A stretch of 64,000 nt of DNA from Mustelus asterias (taxonomy: Eukaryota). Position numbers and translations under genes: made by a program. Positions 61,800-64,000 of the stretch are shown here, in pieces; the stretch's first letter is position 1, and each line of letters starts with the position of its first letter. Under the pieces are notes generated by a model, which made no database searches, had not been told where the DNA came from, and saw only the letters and a list, made by a program, of their open reading frames with translations. The DNA is taken from positions 17,298,001-17,362,000 of the forward strand of contig NC_135834.1 in NCBI RefSeq assembly GCF_964213995.1, given 5' to 3'.

Positions 61800-64000
61800 C
61801 AAACTAAATAATGGGGGGAGGGTTCAGTTGTATGGAGAATTAGGAAATCAAAGGGAAAGGAGAGGGTAGGGGTTCAGGTTAATGATGAGGACTTTCAACT
61901 AGTTAAAGGAGCCGAGGGCTCAGGAGAGGTTAGCAAAGTTTCCAGACCACGTAATAGAACAGAGAGTAGAGAAGGTGGGAGGAATCTAACCTCAAGCAGA
62001 GTAAAAAAGGTGACAAGCATGAGAAGGAAGGTGGACAACACAGTGCAAGGAGATGGTCTGGGGAAGGGACAGAGCATGCAAACAAAGGATTGCACTAACA
62101 AATCGGGTCCAACTAAGAAAGACTAACATAAAGACACTTTACCTGAATGCAAGTAGCGTTCGAAACAAAGTGAATGAGTTGACGGCACAAATCAGTACAA
62201 ATGTGTATAATCTAGTGGCCATTAAAGAAACGTGGTTGCAGGGTGACCAGGACTGGGAACTAAATATCCAGGGGTATCAGACAATTCGGAAGGAGAGACA
62301 GGAAGGAAATGGAGGTGGGGTAGCTCTGTTAATTAAGGATATCAGGGCAGTAGTGAGAGACGATTATAGGCTCTCAGGAGCAAAATGTGGAATCAATGTG
62401 GGTGGAGATAAGGAATAGTAAGGGGAAAAAGTCACTGGTGGGTGTAGTCTATAGGCCCCCAAATAATAACTTCAAGGTGGGGCGGGCTATAAACAAATAA
62501 ATAACAGATGCATGTAAAAATGGAACAGTAATAATCACGGGGGATTTTAACCTCCATATTGATTGGTCAACTCAAGTCGGATGCGGTGCACTTGAGGAAG
62601 AGTTCTTAGAGTGCTGTCAGAACCTACGAGGGAGCAAGCCATCTTGGATCTGGTCCTTTGTAATGAGACAGGTAAAATTAATGATCTCCTTGTGAGGGAT
62701 CCTCTTGGAATGAGTGATCACAATATGGTTCAATTTCTAATACAGATGGAGGGTGAGAAAGTAGGGTCCCAAACCAGTGTCCTCTGCTTGAACAAGGGGG
62801 ATTACAATAGGATGAGGGCGGAGTTGGCTAATGTAGACTGGGAACACAGACTAATTGGTGAGACCGTTGAGGAACAGTGGAGGATTTTAAAGGAGATTTT
62901 TCTCAGTACTCAGCAAAAATATATTCCAGTGAAAAAGAAGGAATGTAAGAAAAGGGATAGCCAGCCGTGGATAACTAAGGAAATAAAGGAGAGTATCAAA
63001 TTAAAAATCAATGCATACAGAGTGGCCTAAATTAGTGGGGAACTAGAAGATTGGGAAGGATTTAAAAAACAATAAAGAACTACTAAGCAAGCAATAAAGA
63101 AAGGCAAGATAGATTATGAAAGTAAACGAGCACAAAATATAAAAACTGATAGTAAAAGTTTTTACAAATATGTAAAACAGAAAAGAGTGGCAAAACTAAA
63201 TGTTGGTCCCTCAGGAGATGAGAAGGGGGATTTAATAATAGGAAACGAGGAAATGGCCGAGGCCTTAGACAAGTTTTTTGTGTTGGTCTTCACAGTGGAG
63301 GACACAAATAGCTTACCAATAATTGACGGTCATGGGATTGCAGGGGGTGAGGACCTTAAAACGATCACTATTAATAAAGAGGTAGTGCTGGGTAGGCTCA
63401 TGGGACTAAAGGTCGACATGTCCCCTGGTCCGGATGGAATGCATCCCAGGGTACTAAAAGAAACGGCAGAAGAAATAGCAAATGCATTAGTTGTAATTTA
63501 TCAAAAATCACTGGACTCTGGGGAGGTGCCAGCTGATTGTAAAACACCGAATGTAACGCCACTGTTTAAAAAAGGAGGTAGACAAAAGCCAGGTAACAAC
63601 AGGCCGGTTAGCTTCACATCCGTAGTTAGGAAAATGCTGTAGTCTATCATTAAGGAAGAAATAGCAGGACACCTGGAAAAGAATGGGTCAATCAAGCAGA
63701 TGCAGCATGGATTCATGAAGGGAAAGTCGAGCTTGACTAATTTACTGGAATTTTTTGAGGATATAACGAGTGCGGTTGACAGAGGGGAACTGATGGATGT
63801 GGTGTATTTAGATTTCCAGAAGACATTCGATAAAGTGCCTCACAAAAGGTTGCTGCATAAGGTACACGGAGTTGGGGGTAAAATGTTAGCGTGGATTGAG
63901 GATTGGCTATCTAACAGAAAGCAGAGAGTCGGAATAAATGGGTGCTTTTCCGGTTGGCAATCAGTGACTAGTGGCGTGCCGCAGGGATCGGTGCTGGGGC
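61800..64000 (+). mobile_element. Degenerate CR1 ORF2 running off the window end
   Basis: Broken ORFs 62053-62418, 62611-63030 and 63187-63642, homologous to 58316-60300. Confidence 0.9.

Overview
Eukaryotic, repeat-dense genomic DNA, most likely from a cartilaginous fish (shark). This is inferred from HE1/V-SINE-type SINEs, CR1-clade LINEs with an SGNH-esterase ORF1, Penelope-like elements, two-exon GPR139-like receptors and a pre-joined Ig light-chain-type gene. Host genes: (1) an ~8.3 kb tandem duplication (about 1284-9582 and 11768-20187), each copy with a two-exon GPR139/GPR142-like class A GPCR; copy 2 is intact (325 aa) and copy 1 is frameshifted by a 19-bp deletion. (2) A third, more divergent GPCR pseudogene whose C-terminus is split off by a full-length CR1. 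(3) On the minus strand, a complete Ig light-chain-like unit only partly visible in the ORF track: octamer promoter, leader exon, one germline-joined V-J exon with no RSS, and a C1 exon; it now appears to be a pseudogene. (4) A decayed C2H2 zinc-finger array. (5) A cluster of at least six degenerate tRNA genes. Most long ORFs in the track are retroelement ORFs or their antisense shadows. The three Penelope-derived segments each carry a minimal type I hammerhead ribozyme motif. All calls were made by eye without database searches, and repeat boundaries are approximate.
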